Below, piece by piece: positions 62,109-64,000 of a stretch of DNA of 64,000 nucleotides. The stretch spans positions 151,547-215,546 of the forward strand of contig CALCZR010000059.1 in the NCBI GenBank assembly GCA_937903325.1, given 5' to 3'. The stretch comes from an uncultured Candidatus Saccharibacteria bacterium. GTDB taxonomy: Bacteria; Patescibacteriota; Saccharimonadia; Saccharimonadales; AWTP1-31. Positions within the stretch are counted from its first letter, which is position 1. Each line of letters starts with the position of its first letter. The notes below the pieces were generated by a model. The model did no database searches and was not told the origin of the DNA. It saw only the letters and a program-made list of their open reading frames with translations. The translations under genes and the position numbers were made by a program.

Positions 62109-63998
62109 ATGGAAAATAAACAAGTTGGCCAGTCCCAAAATACGGCCAATAACACCGGTTTAGAAAGCCTGGAACAGGTACCGGCAACTTCTCGCGTTGC
62201 GCCTATTAGTGCATCCAAAAATCCCTCATCTCGTCCAACTCGCCCCTGGAAAAAGCAGGCAATGCTCTTGGCGGTTGTCTTGCTATTTGTTGGCGGGCTT
62301 GGAATTGCCGCCCTGCAACTAGCCGGTAAGGTCAAGAATGCTGGTAAGAACCAAGATGCTTTCGACAGTTACAAAACAGTTAACAACCCAGTCCTCGGCA
62401 ATGACACCCTGTTGCCTGTACAGTCCCTAAATGATCAAACGGTGACTATTAACGGTGATCTGACCGTACAAGGGAAGTTGAATCTTTCGGCTCAAGCACT
62501 GAATGACCTGGCAAGTATTCTTGGCAATACCGTTCGTCTGACCCCAGTGCTCGGTGGTCCAGCACAAGCCGGGAATATCAACATCTCTGGTGGTGTAATG
62601 GCTAGCACCTTCCAGGGTAACGGCGCAAACCTGTCTGACCTTAATGCCAGCAGCATTACTAGTGGTACGCTCAACAACGAACGTCTTGACGCCAGCGTAA
62701 CCAAGCTTGGCCAGACTATTCCACTGAGTGCTTTGCAATCCACCGTGCTTTCAAGTCTAAACGGTATCTCCAATAACGGAGCAGCTTCGATCATCGGGAC
62801 AGGTAGTGTGACCGTATCGACAGACATAGCAAACGGAGTGATCACTATCGACAGCGTTGCTGGCGACATTACTGGCGTGGCCGTAGGTAGCGGACTGCTG
62901 GGCGGTGGCACAAGCGGTGACGTAACTCTGAACCTGGATACCGGTATCGTAACCATGCAAGGTAACACCTTTAACGGTGCTAACCAGTTGGTTAAACTCG
63001 GTAGTTCTGGTGAACTGCCGGTCATTAGTGCCACTAACCTGACAAACTTAAACGCCAGCAACTTGAGTACTGGAACTGTTAACGACTCACGGCTCAGCAC
63101 TAATGTCACGGTGCAAGGCAACAGTTTCAATGGCACTAACCAGCTCGTGAAGCTAAACGGTGCAGGGGAATTACCTTCACTAAGTGCTACTAACCTCACC
63201 AACCTCAACGCCAGCAATATCGGTACTGGTACACTCAACGACGCTCGCCTTGGTGGTAACGTAACGCTTCAAGGCAACACCTTTAACTTGGCTAACAAGC
63301 TGGTGCAACTGGACAGTAGCGGTAATCTGCCATCGCTTAATGGATCAGCCATTACTAACCTAAATGCCGGCAACGTAAGCAGTGGAACCCTGGCAGACGC
63401 ACGACTGAGCGCTAATGTTGCGCTACTAAATGCTAACCAAACCTTCACCGGAAATGTCGTGTTTAGTCAGCCGCTTTCCGTAAATGTTATTCAGCCTTCT
63501 GCAGCTATGACCATTGGGGCAACTAACCAGGCCTTGACTCTACAAGGTGACCTAACTACTAAGCTGACAGGTACCGGCGGTACCGGTACGGTAAGCCTTG
63601 GCTTTACCGGTACTCCTGTCGGTAATGTGGTGTACCAGCTCGACGCGTCTGCCCCGGCTGGAACGTACACTCTCTGTACTTCAGTTGGTAACTGTGCTGG
63701 TTCTGGTGACGGCGTTACTTCTCCTGGCGGTACCACTAACAAAATCGCTAAGTTTGTCGGTGGCCAAGCTGTTGGCGACAGTTCAATCTCTGACGATGGA
63801 CTGCTCGTAACCGTTGGTGCTAATGCGCTGTACAAGGCTGGCGCAGATTCTACCACCGCCTTCCGAGTACAGAACGCTGCCGGCTCTACCAACGTATTTA
63901 CCGTAGACAGTACTAACACACGAGTGGCCATTGGGCAGAGTACCGCTAACTATACCCTGGACGTAAATGGTGACATCAACTCTGCTACCGGCCTTCGA
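62109..63998 (+). CDS. Large membrane-anchored fibre/adhesin-like protein (3'-truncated, absent from the ORF track)
   Basis: Read by eye as open from ATG 62109 to the window end (>630 aa); N-terminal TM (MLLAVVLLFVGGLGIAAL); Gly/Asn/Thr/Ser-rich LNASN..GT..D.RL repeats. Confidence 0.85.
   Translation, partial: MENKQVGQSQNTANNTGLESLEQVPATSRVAPISASKNPSSRPTRPWKKQAMLLAVVLLFVGGLGIAALQLAGKVKNAGKNQDAFDSYKTVNNPVLGNDTLLPVQSLNDQTVTINGDLTVQGKLNLSAQALNDLASILGNTVRLTPVLGGPAQAGNINISGGVMASTFQGNGANLSDLNASSITSGTLNNERLDASVTKLGQTIPLSALQSTVLSSLNGISNNGAASIIGTGSVTVSTDIANGVITIDSVAGDITGVAVGSGLLGGGTSGDVTLNLDTGIVTMQGNTFNGANQLVKLGSSGELPVISATNLTNLNASNLSTGTVNDSRLSTNVTVQGNSFNGTNQLVKLNGAGELPSLSATNLTNLNASNIGTGTLNDARLGGNVTLQGNTFNLANKLVQLDSSGNLPSLNGSAITNLNAGNVSSGTLADARLSANVALLNANQTFTGNVVFSQPLSVNVIQPSAAMTIGATNQALTLQGDLTTKLTGTGGTGTVSLGFTGTPVGNVVYQLDASAPAGTYTLCTSVGNCAGSGDGVTSPGGTTNKIAKFVGGQAVGDSSISDDGLLVTVGANALYKAGADSTTAFRVQNAAGSTNVFTVDSTNTRVAIGQSTANYTLDVNGDINSATGLR
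62958..63425 (+). repeat. Three tandem 156-bp (52-aa) coding repeats
   Basis: QGNTFNGANQLVKL...LNASNLSTGTVNDSRL units start at 62958, 63114 and 63270. Confidence 0.85.
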
Positions 63999-64000
63999 GT

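Noticed and set aside
62958-63425. CRISPR array or non-coding tandem repeat
   Set aside because: The 156-bp units are in frame, diverge in a codon-like way and have no spacers. No cas genes seen.
62427-63931. Minus-strand ORFs of 103, 248 and 146 aa
   Set aside because: Antisense shadows of the long plus-strand fibre gene.
62109-64000. Prophage tail fibre
   Set aside because: It has an N-terminal membrane anchor, and no integrase, terminase, capsid or other phage genes are in the window.

Overview
A 64-kb bacterial chromosomal window. Gene content and promoter style suggest Patescibacteria/CPR, most likely Saccharibacteria (inference: short archaeal-type AspRS, LexA-like protein without a peptidase domain, many leaderless genes, orphan proteins). 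Positions 1-31.4 kb hold a large surface-glycan locus: GT2/GT4 transferases, rmlABCD, manB, galE, polyprenol-phosphate and GT-C-type modules, a priming sugar transferase, an O-antigen-ligase-like protein and an LCP protein. Positions 31.4-50.9 kb hold housekeeping and orphan genes (uppP, nadD, KefC-like antiporter, DsbA-like, CBS/CNNM, HAM1, aspS). They include a cobalamin-riboswitch-like leader with an NrdR-box-like site in front of unknown genes, and an Asn/Asp-rich leader peptide before aspS. The standout is 51-64 kb: a divergent F1-like ATPase operon (c-like, b-like, delta, alpha, gamma, beta, epsilon) with no subunit a. Its c-like subunit has lost the ion-carrying carboxylate and is fused to a secreted beta domain. 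It is followed by a 1709-aa surface sensor kinase and the start of a large membrane-anchored fibre-like protein. I propose this as a candidate ion-uncoupled rotary motor or surface machine. No CRISPR array, rRNA, tRNA or transposase was recognised. All calls are from reading motifs by eye; no searches were run.
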